Positions 12,835-25,699 of a stretch of DNA of 64,000 nt are shown piece after piece. Under the pieces are notes generated by a model. The model had not been told where the DNA came from. It did no database searches and worked only from the letters and a program-made list of their open reading frames with translations. The position numbers and the translations under genes were made by a program. Every line of letters begins with the position of its first letter. Position 1 is the first letter of the stretch. The stretch is from Octopus sinensis (lineage: Eukaryota): positions 70,618,001 through 70,682,000 of the forward strand of contig NC_043005.1 in the NCBI RefSeq assembly GCF_006345805.1, in the 5' to 3' direction.

Positions 12835-13160
12835 ATAATTTTCAGTTCCTTTTTCGATCATTCCAAATGCTCCTACAATCACTGGTATTGTAACCAACTA
12901 GAGATGCCGCATATTTTCGATTTCAGTCAGAAAATCTTTATATTTTTTGAGATTATCAAATTCTTTTTTCGAAGTATTATGATCACAATGAATATTCATG
13001 TAAATCGATAAACAGATTTTATTGTTTTGATCTTTCGCATCAATATCTGGTTTATTAGCTTTGATGGTCTGGTCTGTATGCACTGGAAAGTCCCACATAA
13101 TCATTATATTTTCTCCCTCAATTACAGCCTCAGGATAGTGCTTGTACCATTTTCAGAAGT
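12835..13160 (-). mobile_element. Second, diverged R4/Dong-like endonuclease fragment
   Basis: ORF 12898-13104: WDFPVHTDQTIKANKPDI..KKEFDNLKKYKDFLTEIE. Confidence 0.85.
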
Positions 13161-13729
13161 TATCATCATCATCATCAATGTTATTTACTTTCAATCTGCA
13201 TGTTTATTGCAATCACTTGTCGAGACACACCCAGAACCCTAGGGCAAGTGAAGGCTAAGAAATATTGCTGTATAACTGAAAGCTTGGGGAGGGAAAGTGG
13301 CGATGGCAGTTGCGAACTACTTCCATGTAATATAACAAAAACATTTAAATTTATAGCGTATTTCAAAGAATGTGAGCAATACTTCCCAGCACAACAATTT
13401 GGATTTTTGTGAGACATGGTTCTCCTAGGATGATATTCTTTTTTTATCATACCTAGGACACCTACAATTTCAAGAGCAGTTGTTGTTTAAGATATCACAT
13501 TCCAGGTCTGTATATTTACTGAGTTTGTCAAATTCCTTTACAGATATATTTTATCAGTAGAGACACTTCCATCTGTTAGTCTACAATATTTTCTTTCCAG
13601 TCTTTAATAATTTTATTTGGTCGATTATCCAGACATAATTATTAAAGCTATATTATTACTGTTGTTGTTGTAGCTGTTGTTGTTTTTATTCATCACTAAG
13701 GTAGTGGAATTCATTAAAACACATTTGGT

Positions 13730-14330
13730 GAAGGGACAGTGAATATCCTTAATGAACCATTTGTTCATAGAGAAAACATAATTTGCCCTCTCCTCCATAG
13801 TAAACTAGTACCGATGAAGCAATTTGTCAAAGCTTCAGACAAAGATGGTGATTCAAGTACATTTGCCGATTGTTCTAGACTTGAGTATTGAAAAACTAAA
13901 AGAAAGAATATTTACTAATTCTCATATTCGGAAAGCCATCGTATTCTAGTTTTCTGAAATATATGACTGATGAGGCTTCTGCTCAGTGTAGTTATTTCTC
14001 AGTCATTGAAAACTTCTTTGGATACAAGGAAGCAGACAATTATGAACAACTGGTGGTAATGATGTTCAATGTATTTTAAAATATGGTTACTAATATGAAT
14101 GTAAAAGTACACTTCCTTGATAATCACTTGGACAAATTTCCAGAGAATCTTGGAGACATCAGTAAAGAACTAGGTGAAACATTCTACGAGGATATCAGAG
14201 TCACAGGACAAAGTATCGTGGCTGAGGCGACAGCTGAGATGGCACACATTGGCTGGAACATATGGCATGAATATTCTACCAAAACACACTAAAGAAAATC
14301 TGACAAAAAGATATTTTTGAAGGATTGACT
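13730..14330 (+). mobile_element. Decayed DNA transposase, probably Chapaev3/CMC-like
   Basis: LLHSKLVPMKQFVKASDKDG and KVHFLDNHLDKFPENLGDISKELGETFYEDI resemble the LHIKLGLMKQFVKAL and HFLHSHLDFFPENLGAVSDEQGERFHQDI motifs; superfamily assigned from memory. Confidence 0.7.
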
Positions 14331-14801
14331 GATATATTTTAATACATTTAATTAACTATAATTACTTTATTGTTATATATGCTATTAGTAAATACGATGC
14401 CATCAAATATATTGTGCATATATATTTTCGTGTTACAATGTGGTGCATTTTTCCGGCATTTATGTTAATATGTTCTGATATTTTTGTTTCAGCATTTAAG
14501 ACAAAACCAATTAGATGACCCAATATCTAAAAATCCGTTTAGCAACTACTGTATTTTATAAAGAGTTAAAGAGGTGTAGAATGTTAAGTGTTGTGAATTC
14601 CCAAATATGGAGGCCTTCCATTGTGTCAAGAACCAGAGCCAGTCTAGAGAAAATGGTACTGTATTCTGATTCAGTGCCCACAGACTTGCCCTAAAATTAG
14701 TCCAGGAACTTTGGTAATGGAAATTATGATAACTAGAATAATTAGTAATATTTAATTTCAATTTTTTCAAATATTGAGACCATAACCAAACATTTCTCTA
14801 T

Positions 14802-14843
<42 letters not shown>

Positions 14844-14844
<1 letters not shown>

Positions 14845-15246
14845 CTTTATATATAAAAGTCAAGTTGTGTGTCTGTCTCCTACGATTTAGATTCCTAACT
14901 ACTCCCACATTTTGCGGTGCAGTTTAACCAAAACCGGGTATCTTATAGTCGTGATTCATATCGAGCCCTTCTGGGTATTAGCGTGCGTCTACGATGAGTC
15001 TACGATTTTTAAAAAAATTTACCATATTTTTTTTCCATTTTAATGCATTTTTTCGCTGTTATATAAGGGAAGTAACTCTCTAAAAATATCTACGATGCGT
15101 CAACGATTTAAAAAAAATTTACCATAATTTTTTTTCCATTTTTAATGCATTTCTTTGGTATTTTTTTTTTTTTTGCTATAACTCTCTAAAAATGCTTATA
15201 TAGTTATTTCCCTTACAAACCCGAGCAACGCCGGGCGATACTGCTA

Positions 15247-15247
<1 letters not shown>
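14844..15247 (+). mobile_element. Complete non-autonomous Helitron in (TA)n
   Basis: A|TC start, cccgagcaacgccggg hairpin, CTAG|T end, internal ~100 bp direct duplication. Confidence 0.9.
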
Positions 15248-15295
<48 letters not shown>

Positions 15296-15845
15296 AACAC
15301 ATACATACACATACAACACTTACACATACATGAGAATTCTAATTTTTATTGAAGGAGTGATATTTTTGTACAAAAATATAATGTAGAAGAAAATATAACA
15401 ATGGATGACTGCTTTACTTCTCTCCATTTCTTTCCCTCTTTCTTTTGTCACATTAAATGATATTTTAATGAGGAAGCATTTTTTGTGCAGCATGGTAGAG
15501 ATGACACAATAAATTCATACGAATTCATTTGCCAGCATAATTGATGAGACAATGTGAGAAACAGAAGCAATGTCAGGTTAAAAATTTAATTTTACTGCAA
15601 ATAAATAACCATATGAATTGCCATTTTAAAATATGTTTCTAGTGCATGTATTTTATTATGGAAAAGATAATGGACTAAGGAGAAAATATCCAGGAGCGCC
15701 TGCTGCTTAGAAAATAAGCAGTAAAGTAGACACAAATATTCTTAGAGTAGTGAGTTTGAAATGTTTTGATAATTTGAATTACACTCATAACAATTAGAGA
15801 AAACCATTGCTTTAATTACTGACAGTCCAGAAATTTTAATGAATA

Positions 15846-16260
15846 GGCATAGGAGTAGCTGTGTGGTAAGTAGCTTGCTTTCCAACCGCATGGTTCCGGG
15901 TTCAGTTCCACTGCGTGGCACGTTGGGCAAGTGTCTTCTACTATAGCTTCGGGTTGACCAAAGCCTTGTGAGTGGATTTGGTTGCTGGAAACTGAAAGAA
16001 GCCCATTGTGTGTGTATATATATATATATGTATGCGTGTGTAATATGTTTGTGTGTCTGTGTCTGTCACCCTAACATCGCTTGACAACCGATGCTGGTGT
16101 GTTTACATCCCCGTAACTTAGTGGTTCAGCAAAAAAGGCCGATAGAATAAGTACTAAGCTTACAAAGAATAAGTCCTGGGGTCGGCTTGCTCTACTAAAG
16201 GCGGTGCTCCAGCATGGCCGCCGTCAAATGACTGAAACAAGTAAAAGAGCAAACGAGTAA
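15846..16260 (+). mobile_element. SINE family A, full length
   Basis: tRNA-like head, ttgggcaagtg motif, internal microsatellite, gtaaaagag tail. Confidence 0.93.
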
Positions 16261-16315
16261 TTAAAGTGATCACTACAGTAATGTTTTTAGTGCTTAGAAG
16301 TCTGGTAACAATTAC

Positions 16316-16350
16316 TATAGGCATGTTTCAGTCCTATTAGACCTCATCGG
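16316..16350 (-). ncRNA. Hammerhead-like remnant
   Basis: CCGATGA-ggtc(taatag)gact-GAAA-catg-cc; stem I absent. Confidence 0.35.
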
Positions 16351-16956
16351 TGAGGTATTCTCTAAATTAAAATCCGAGATTTAGAATGACTTGGAAAATT
16401 TTCTCCAATAATTCTTCTGTTTCTGCACCGTACTTTTGTTCATTAAGATCCTCTGTTTATCTCTAGTCTTGTTTGCGTGTGTTTGTGTGTGGTTGTATTG
16501 GATGTAGCTCTTAGCAAGGTGGCAAGCAACCACCAATAAAACAGGCCCCAAGCAGCAACTTTTTAATTTGACAGCTACAAAAGAAAAGGAAACAAAAAGC
16601 TTCTGATGAGAAGTTGCCTTTAGAAAGATAAAATGATCAATACAAGACTTTAAAAAATGAAGATCCTGTTTATCTATAAAACATGAAAAAAGTGTTCTTG
16701 AGCAAGTACCTTCACCATAACCTCAGGTCAACACGAGATTGGAATATACTTGTTATTCATAGATCCAGCTAGATACTGTTTGTATGTTTCATTTATATGT
16801 TTCACTAATTCCACTTGAGAATTACATTTAGGCTATATGCCTCTTCAGAATACACTACTATTTCACAAATTAATTCGATTGTAAGGTCACCTAGTTGATG
16901 TAACAACTGGATATGTATTTGCTGGAACTAACATAAGAGTTCATTATTATCATATA

Positions 16957-17344
16957 CTAGCATTATCGCCCAGCGTTGCTCAGGTTTGTTTCAACCCTTT
17001 AGAATTGAAATTTTTGAAGAATAAAAATTTTGCATTATGTAGCTTGTTATTCTCTTTCAGTGAACATTGTTCTGGTTGAAATACACCGAAAAATGGCGAC
17101 ACAGCAGTCAAAAAATATTAAAAAATAGGGATTTTCATAGAAAAAAAGCACCTTTTTGATATAAATAATTTTTGGTGTTAACATGGCCCGATTTGAATTT
17201 TTTTTCCCCTACGGAAGGAAGAGCAAGCTTTCTTCTATCAGGATCTCAATTTTGGTCAACTTGTGCCACAGGGTCTCGGATGAGATAATGTTAGTTGAAG
17301 GCTACCAAACCTGCCATACACAGACAACTTCAGCTTTATATAGA
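16957..17344 (-). mobile_element. Non-autonomous Helitron with the same 3' end as 14844-15247 but a different body
   Basis: Minus strand: A|TCtatataaag ... cctgagcaacgctggg-cgataatg-CTAG|T. Confidence 0.85.
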
Positions 17345-17579
17345 TTTTATGATGTGGTAACTGTGTCACGTGCTACATTGTATGTAAATTAGGTGTTATG
17401 TGATGTGGTGTCTGTGTTACGTATATATATGCATTAGATGACGTGTCATGTATTGTATGATGCTTTTGTATACTTTTGCTCTATTCTATGTAATGTTGTG
17501 TGTTGTGTGTGTATATTTTATGTGATGTGTTGTATAATGAATTGTATATTGTCTTGTAAGATGTGTTTTTGTTTTCTTG

Positions 17580-18285
17580 AGAAAGACACTAACAACTCTA
17601 CCTGCAACCTGAAGGTCATTACTACTTGCCAAGATCAAGGAGGTGTTCAAAGATCTTCCCAGGGACATAGTGAAGAATGCATGAGCTAGGTTCCAGGGCC
17701 ATCTTGAGGACATGGTGGAAGCTGAGGGCAGCTAAATTGAGTAAACTATTATCTGCCAACCATGCTTTCTTTTACTCTTTTACTTGTTTCAGTCACTTGA
17801 CTGTGGCCATGCTGGAGCACCACCTTTAGTCGAGCAAATCAACCCCAGAACTTATTCTTTGTAAGCCTAGTACTTACTCTATCAGTCTCTTTTGCCAAAC
17901 CGTTAAGTTACGCGGACGTAAACACATTAACATAGGTTGTCAAGCGATGTTGAAGGGAGAAACACAGACACATAACCATATATATATGTATACATATATA
18001 CATATATACATATATACGACTGGCTTCTTTCAGTTTCCGTCTACCAAATCCACTCACAAGACTTTGGTCAGTCCGAGGCTATAGTAGAAGATACTTGCCC
18101 AAGGTGCCATGTAGTGGGACTGAACCCGGAACCATGTGGTTGTTAAGCAAGCTACTTACCCCACAGCCACTCCTGCACCAATAGTTGATATTTTTTGAAT
18201 TTTTAAAATAATTTTATTTTTGGATGGGATATTATGGTTTCTTTCCTTTTCATGCAAACTATCAAATTTAGTCTAAACACCTTAT
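17580..18285 (+). mobile_element. Tc1/mariner (maT/DD37D-like) transposase 3' relic interrupted by a SINE A
   Basis: EKDTNNSTCN..LAKIKEVFKDLPRDIVKNA..EAEG; homologous to 25700-26110. Confidence 0.75.
17767..18179 (-). mobile_element. SINE family A, full length
   Basis: Reverse complement of 15846-16260. Confidence 0.93.
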
Positions 18286-18442
18286 ATGTTATACTATGTT
18301 GAATGTCACTGTGTGTCTTGCTATTGTTATTTACCCCTAGATATACCCAAATCAGCAGTTTTATGATCAGAGCTATTGTAACCATACCCATTTTGTCCCT
18401 CTAGTGAGTTATCTTTGGTTACATTAGCTGAAAAGGCTGCAG

Positions 18443-18648
18443 GCTGGCAGAATCGTTAACATGCAAAGCAAAATGCTTAGCGGCATTTCTTCCGATATTA
18501 CGTTCTGAGTTCAAATTCCACTGAGGTCAGCTTTGCCTTTCATCCTTTCGGGGTCGATAAATTAAGTACCAGTGAATTACTGGAGTCGATACAATCGACC
18601 TATCCCCTCCCGCAAAATTTCAGACTTTGTGCCTTTAGTAGAAAAGAT
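18443..18648 (+). mobile_element. SINE family B
   Basis: gctggcagaatcgttaac...gcctttcatcctttcggggtcgataaattaagtaccag. Confidence 0.9.
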
Positions 18649-19115
18649 TAGCTGAAAAGACTTACTGGTTAACAATAGTTGGGTATAACTTGAAGAGAGA
18701 AATTTGACAGATATTTCTAAAAATCAATTAACCGAACAGAGGCTCTGCCATTTATGAGTATGTGAAGTGATTTTGATGTATTAGGGATATTGCAGTATTT
18801 TACCTTCAAACATTAGCTAAAAACCAAATTATGATTCTAAAAGTATATGTAGCTTCGTCTTCTTATTTCTTTGCATATATTTTGAGGTGTCCTGGGAGGA
18901 TCATTATGCTAATAACAAACACACACATTGGTTCTATTTCAATTCTTCCATTATTAATAGTCAAGTTTTGACATTCAACCAGTTAACTACTTGGCTGTTC
19001 GATTAATCATTTGGTCAGTCCTAATCAAGTATTCTCATATATGAAGGCTTTCCAGCCATTTTCCCTATATCATTTTTCATTTCAGATAAATAACATCAGA
19101 ACTACATTATTAAAG

Positions 19116-19705
19116 TGAAAGTACATGGCTCAGTGATTAGAGCATCGGGTTTACAATTTGAAGTAGAGAGTTCGATTCTTGGATCAGGCTGTATGCTGTG
19201 TTCTTGAGCAAAACACTTCATTTCATGTTGCTCCAGTAGACTCAGCTATAGAAATGAGTTGCAACATCACTGGTACCAAGCTGTATCAGTCTTTGCTTTT
19301 CCCTTGGATAACATCAGTGGCATGGAGAGGGGTGGCTGGTATGCATAAACAACCTTGCCCTGACTTATTTCTTTACTGCCTGCAAGGTTATACACAGAGG
19401 GGACAAACAAGGACAGACGAACGGATTAAGTCGATTATATAGACCCCAGTGCATAACTGGTACTTATTTAATCGACCTCAAAAGGATGAAAGGCAAAGTC
19501 GACCTCGGCGGAATTTGAACTCAGAATGTAACAGCAGATGAAATACCGCTAAGCATTTTGCCAGGCATGCTAATGTTTCTGCCAGCTCGCCGCCTTTCTT
19601 GAGCCAGCTCGCCAGCTCGCAACCCTGCCCAGACTTGTGCCTTTGAGAGGACCTTTCTCGGTGCAATCTCATGTTCATTCATGACTGAAGGGGGTCTTTA
19701 CCCTT
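19116..19705 (+). mobile_element. SINE family D with a nested minus-strand SINE B (19367-19596)
   Basis: Imperfect 17-bp target duplication caaccttgccctgactt (19350) / caaccctgcccagactt (19620). Confidence 0.8.
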
Positions 19706-19884
19706 TTACATTATTAAACATATCCTTTTCTTTTAGTTTGAAAGCTTGTGTTACTATGTTAGTCATATTGTAGTTGGTGTTACCATTCATCCTATTGTTG
19801 TTTCTGTACTAAACTAGGCCAGACCTGACTAGTAAAAATCTAACCAGAAACATAACATTTGTGATCATGCTATATTTTCATTCA

Positions 19885-20515
19885 TTATCATGACATTTCA
19901 TCAAAGCGAATTTTTCAAAGAGTAATTTTGCAAATATGTTACGTTATTTTGTAGAACATTTATTATTTGTTAATAGTCTGTAATTGTTGATTTCTATAAT
20001 TTTTGTGGACATCAAAATTTCATATCAACCAATCAGACAATATGGTACAACATTCGCTAGGTCATCTAATGTCTGCTTGGTATTGATTATTTTTGCCTAC
20101 AGTCCTATAACTGTGTGTTGAGTAGAAGAAAACATAAACCAATTTTTAATGGCTTTTCATACGTTAGCAGTAAGACTGTCAACAATGTCATATATTGGAG
20201 ATGTGACAAGTACTTGACATGCAAGTTGTCTATAATTATTCAATATTTAAATTTATTCTACCAAATAATATATTTGAAAAATTTATGCTATGAAATGTTG
20301 TTTTGATAAAAATATAAATTGATCAAAAGTTGTTTTGTAAAAAGTTGATTAATAAAGAAATCATTCAATTGTAAAGACATCTGATGAAAGTTGTCTGAAG
20401 AAAGTTGTTTGGTGAAAGGTTGTTTGATGAAAAGTTGTTTGATAAAAGGCATTTGTTTTTGTAAATTATTTGAGGCAAAGTTGTTTGACAAAAATGTGTT
20501 CAACAAAAAGAAGTT
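19885..20515 (+). mobile_element. MULE-like relic: FLYWCH zinc-finger fragment with subterminal ~16-bp tandem repeats
   Basis: SRRKHKPIFNGFSYVSSKTVNNVIYWRCDKYLTC (20115-20222); aaagttgtttgatg repeats at 20326-20495. Confidence 0.65.
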
Positions 20516-20522
20516 TTGGTTG

Positions 20523-20836
20523 CTTAACCACTACGCCATATGCCTGTGGGCATATGGTGTAGTGGTTAAGAGTGTGGGCTACTAACCCCAAGATTCTGAG
20601 TTCAATTTCAAGCTGTGACTTGAATAATAATAATAATGATAATAACAATAATAACATCGAAAAATACCTTAGGAATGAGAATCCAGGTTCGAAATTTCCC
20701 CAAGACACATGATGAAGCCTGGAGGGTATATCAGCCGAAACATTGTGTTAACAACAAACGAGATGAGGACAAATATCCATCAATTGTAAATAATGTAAAT
20801 AATATAAAAAGTTCCTTGTCTCTTAAATATAGAACT
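20523..20836 (+). mobile_element. tRNA-headed short element with a 5' fold-back, (AAT)n linker and hammerhead motif
   Basis: 22-bp inverted repeat 20523-20570; A box tggtgtagtgg, B box gagttcaattt; hammerhead at 20704-20749. Confidence 0.8.
20704..20749 (+). ncRNA. Degenerate minimal type I hammerhead ribozyme
   Basis: gacac-ATGATGA-a-gcctg(gagggtatat)cagcc-GAAA-catt-gtgtt. Confidence 0.7.
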
Positions 20837-20949
20837 GTATTGCCATATATTGTTGAAAAATAATTTCTAAAGGCTGAGGACTTGAAAACTTGCACTCAAT
20901 TTTAAAGAAATGGTACTCACAGGTCAAAAAGAAAAGATTTCTCCTTGAT

Positions 20950-21151
20950 ATTCAGATTGTCAAATGTAATGCTTATTTATTTACATTGTTTGAATTAATT
21001 CTGCATTATCTTGCAGCTCCAAGATTTCAATGATGTGATAGACAATTTTCAGAATGACATTGTTGTGTAAGTGTGAGAGGCTGAATCTTGTTTGAACATA
21101 AAATAGCAAAATGTTAGGTTGGTTATCACTGGTTTAAATGCTATAGAGTTA
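20950..21151. mobile_element. piggyBac-type MITE relic
   Basis: Right end ggtttaaatgctatagag|TTAA; left end eroded. Confidence 0.5.
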
Positions 21152-21519
21152 AGTATCTGAGATGAGACATTAACAATAAGATTTAAATTCTGATCATTAG
21201 ATGGTTTATTCTTGTATATGTAAACTGTAGTAGGTATAGAGTCACACAAAAACTTTTGTTTGTAAAATAAAGGTAGAAAACTTTATTTTTAAACAAAGAG
21301 AAGGAATTTTTATTTCTAAAGCAGAAGGTGTGGAGATCACATCTACAAGTCCTAATTATGGTCCTGGCTTCAAACTCATTTCATCAGGGATTTGACTTTT
21401 GGATTGGGCTATACATTGTTTCCTTCACTAGGGGTTTTAATCCTTTTGTTAAAATATTTCAGTTGAATAAGACTGCTTTTGTTTCAATTAATTTTGAAAA
21501 TAATGAATTTAATTAAATG

Positions 21520-21600
21520 AAGTTACGGGGATGTAAACACACCAACATCGGTTGTCAAGTGATATTGGTGGGACAAACACATACACACAAACATATATAC

Positions 21601-21642
<42 letters not shown>

Positions 21643-21804
21643 GACGGGTTTCTTTCAGTTTCTGTCTACCATATCCACTCACAAGGCTTTGGTTGCCCTG
21701 AGGCTATAGTAGAAGACACTTGCCCAAGGTGCCATGCAGTGGGATTGAACCCGGAACCATGTGGTTGGCAAGCAAGCTACTTACCAGACAGCCACTCCTG
21801 CACC
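21520..21804 (-). mobile_element. SINE family A, 5' part
   Basis: Homology to the other copies. Confidence 0.9.
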
Positions 21805-22166
21805 CATAAATAAATGACTGTGATATTATTAAGTTGAAGTTTGGGACATGAATCTACATAAAATTATGATGGAAGTGTTTAATTTAGAACACGTTAGAAT
21901 TGGAAGTTTGTATTATGGAGCTAGGGGTAGTTTCAGGTGGCGTGATACCAAAAGGGTAAATTTTCATGTTGCTCCTGTCTACAAAGCTGAAGCTATGTCC
22001 CAGAGGTCAGTGGGGATTAACCCAGCAATGGTATGGAATCTTATTCGGTAGATTGTCTTAATCACTTAATCACCTCAGAAACTTGATAAGTCTGTAGGCG
22101 CAGGAAAGTCTTTAACTGTTTAATTTCAAATATTCTTCTTTCAATAAAAACAATATTGCTAAGTCA

Positions 22167-22440
22167 CTCTTTACTCTTTTACTTGTTTCAGTCATTTGAC
22201 TGCGGCCATGCTGGAGCACCGCATTTAGTCGAATCAAATCGACCCCAGGACCTATTCTTTGTAAGCTTAGTACTCATTCTCTATCGGTCTCTCTTGCCGA
22301 ACTGCTAAGTTATGGGGACGTAAACACACCAGCATCGGTTGTCAAGCGATGTTGGGGAACAAACTGGGGTCGATTTGCTCGACTAAAGGTGGTGCTCCAG
22401 CATGGCTGCAGTCAGATGATTGAAAGAAGTAAAATAGAGT
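22167..22440. mobile_element. SINE family A 3' part (minus) fused to an inverted copy of its own tail (plus, 22364-22440)
   Basis: atcgaccccag at ~22238 and ctggggtcgat at 22364. Confidence 0.85.
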
Positions 22441-23723
22441 ACAAGAGATATATATACACACACCAGTTATCGGACTATTTCTACAACAAGATGACCTCTA
22501 TTCAAAGTACCCAAAATCACTTACATCGTCTTAAAACAGACACATCTGTATAATGTCATCCTAGGTAGACTATTTATGAAGAAAAGCAACGAATGGACAG
22601 TCACAATTTGGATGCATTTAATTATAGTATATTCAATGAAGGTTGTCCTGGAACTAAATGATAATAATGACAGCATGAGTCCTGCTCCTGAAACCATATT
22701 TCCTTCCACCACCACAACCAATAAAATGATAGCTTAATTCAAATCTTATCAAAAGCTCCTCATTTCTATCCTAATAATCTGGATTGACAGGAAAAATAAA
22801 CTCAAAACAACATTAAACTTAAATCAAATAAAACATTACCAAATCATTCCAGTCTATCAGAAAACATACAATTAAGTTGATGCCACTATTTTTGAACTCA
22901 AATTTTCCCTTACTCTCTCTCTCTTACTCTCATTCCCCTTCTCTCTCTCTCATTCACCTCTCTCTCTCTCTCTCTCTCTCTCGCAGTCTCCATTTCTCCC
23001 TCTCTGTCCTTATCTGTCTGTTCGTCCGTTTTCCTCTCTTTTACTATTGTATTTAATTTATCTCAATGATGCATTCACAAAAAGAAAAAAAGAAAGGATT
23101 TGAAACAATAAACAGATAAATTCTTTACAAAAACTCAAAAATATAAAGTAAAAATGATAAGGTACTAAAATCAAATGAAAGCAAAATTAAAATAAAATAC
23201 TGAAATAAACACAATTTAGCTGTGATTTCTAATTTAGCTAAACTGTCCTTATTGAAGTCATTTGCATCTGCATGAAGCCTAATGTTTAATTACACACACA
23301 CTTTGTTTTGATTTTTACTGTGAAATTAATTAGTGATTCCTTGTATTTGGAGTGCTGGAAGGATTCCACCAATCATGTGAATAATCTCAGACAAACAGAT
23401 AGTCACTGGCTGATATACAAAATGATATACACAAAAATGCAAGAAGTGAGATTAAACAAGAACAGGGCAACAACAGTAGCTACACCAGCAAAAAACGTCA
23501 ACTACAGCTTAAATAGCTATGACGCCATGGTAATCACATTAAGCAGCAATGAATTTTATATTTAGTTATTCAACCAGCTCTGTTGCAACATAGTATCAAC
23601 AGTAAAATGTTCTTTAAAAGCTGTGTATTTTAACTTCCACATGTAAGCAGAAAATGAGGAGTAGTAAACAGGTGTTATTGTTTGTTGATGTTTCTTTGTT
23701 TGGTTGTTTGTTTGTTTGTTTGT

Positions 23724-24083
23724 TGAGCGAAGCAGTCATCATCCCAGTGGGAGAAGTCCGAAACGTGGTCCTTTGCTATTCGTAAGACCCGCAGAAAGAG
23801 AAAGCAGGTCAACCCCCGACACCGAGAGCATCGACGGATGGATGAATGCGCATCCAGGCTCAGCGGTTGCATGGGAAGTTGGGGACAAGAAACAGGAAGA
23901 AAGAATGAAAGAAAGTTGGAGCGAAACAGTACAACAGGGGTCACCACCGCCCCCTGCTGGAGCCTTGTGGAGCTTTAGGTGTTTTCGCTCAATAAACACA
24001 CACAACGCCCGGTCTGGGAATCAAAACCGCAATCCTCCAACCGCGAGTCCACTGCCCTAACCATTGGGCCATTGCGCCTCCAC
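23724..24083 (-). mobile_element. SINE family C (tail type 2) with an (AAAC)n tail
   Basis: Homology to 11635-11996. Confidence 0.92.
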
Positions 24084-24564
24084 TTGTTGATGTTTAGACT
24101 CAGGTCATCCATTATCAAACAGATATGTGATCAAAAAACAATCCACCCATGGCTATCCTGCTTTTTTAGGAGTTCATAGGACTATATTATCTGATGTCTT
24201 TTGCTCTTATATAAACTGGTGTGTTATGATTTGAGGAAGATTTGACTGCTATTTCTAACAGCTATTTCGAGTGGCCACTTAGAATCTCATTTGTTGGCTG
24301 AGTTTATATACTGGGCACAGACTCAAATATATATACATATAAGAGAAGTGAAGACTAAGGAAAGATAATCGCTTATTCCTTTGTCTTCTCTTTTCTTATT
24401 ACTACTCTGTACTCAACTGACACTTCATTTAACAGTGCATATATACTGAGTTCTATACCTGGTTATTAGTATTGTGATGCTTAAGTGAAACACACACATA
24501 CGCACACTTACACACACATTGAGTGATCAGGTTAAATTCAATGATATTTTACATACTCTCTCTT

Positions 24565-24912
24565 TCTCTTTACTCTTTTACTTGTTTCAGTGATTTGAAT
24601 GTGGCCATGCTGGAGCACTGCCTTTAGTCGAGCAAATCGACCCCAGGACTTATTCTTTGTCAGCCTAGTACTTATTCTACCGGTCTCTTTTACTGAACTG
24701 CTAAGTTACGGGGACATAAACACACCAGCATCGGTTGTCAAGTGATGTTGGGGGGTGACAAACACATATACACACACACATATATATATATATATACATA
24801 TATATACGACGTGCTTCTTTCAGCTTCCATCTACCATATCCACTCACAAGGTTTTTGTTGGCCTGAGGCAGTGGGACTGAACCTGGAACCATGTGGTTCG
24901 TAAGCAAGCTAC
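24565..24912 (-). mobile_element. SINE family A, internally deleted
   Basis: Homology to the other copies. Confidence 0.9.
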
Positions 24913-25699
24913 TGTAGCAATAGCCATTTTAGCCATTTTGAAATGTGGCGTGAATTGGCAATATGACCTAATGTCTTTACCGAAGAAATATCATTTTCGT
25001 TTTTTTCCATTAGTTAATATAACTGCTCATATAAAGATTCTAGAAGTTTCGTAAAGAATATCTGTCATGAATTTCGATTCTTTTTGAGTTGAGTGAGCAG
25101 TTATAAAAACCCTGGATTTTGGAAGATATTTCAGTGTTCGTTCAGTAGTCATTCAACTCCACGACACTCACTCTTTTGGAGACATCGGTAAATTTTTATG
25201 CCATGTCTACGTTAATCACAAATCTATTTAGATTTGTTGGTTAATGTATTAGATTGAAAAAGAAATTAGCTATGGAATTTAAAGTCGTTTTTCTTCACGA
25301 CAAAGTTATCTTTCTTACTGTAAATAAATATAAAATGTTATATTTATATAATAAAAATAATTAAAAAGAAATGTTTCTCTTCACGTTTGTTTTTCAACTG
25401 AGCATAGATAAATATACATTTCTTTAATCTTTGATTTATGTTTCTTATAGTGGTTTAAAGGACACGATTAAAATATTCAACATACATGGTCGTTGATGTA
25501 GCGTTCCATGCGTATATGTCTATATGACGTTATAACTGCAGTTAGGGTTAAAGATATAATGATAATACTTGTGTATAAGTGACGTTGGATCATTATATTC
25601 TCCTTAGCTTCAAGAGAAAAGCCTAAATAAATACTATAACCTAAGAGAAAGTTGCTGATGGACACCCTTATTTATGGCTGCTGGGTTTTCAGCTCCTTG

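Noticed and set aside
15846-15920. SINE heads as real tRNA genes
   Set aside because: A/B boxes are present but there is no complete cloverleaf, and they continue into SINE bodies
16815-16855. Minus-strand CTGAAGA-ggc(atata)gcc-TAAA hammerhead-like motif
   Set aside because: G12 missing, no stem I, and the region looks like an eroded SINE tail
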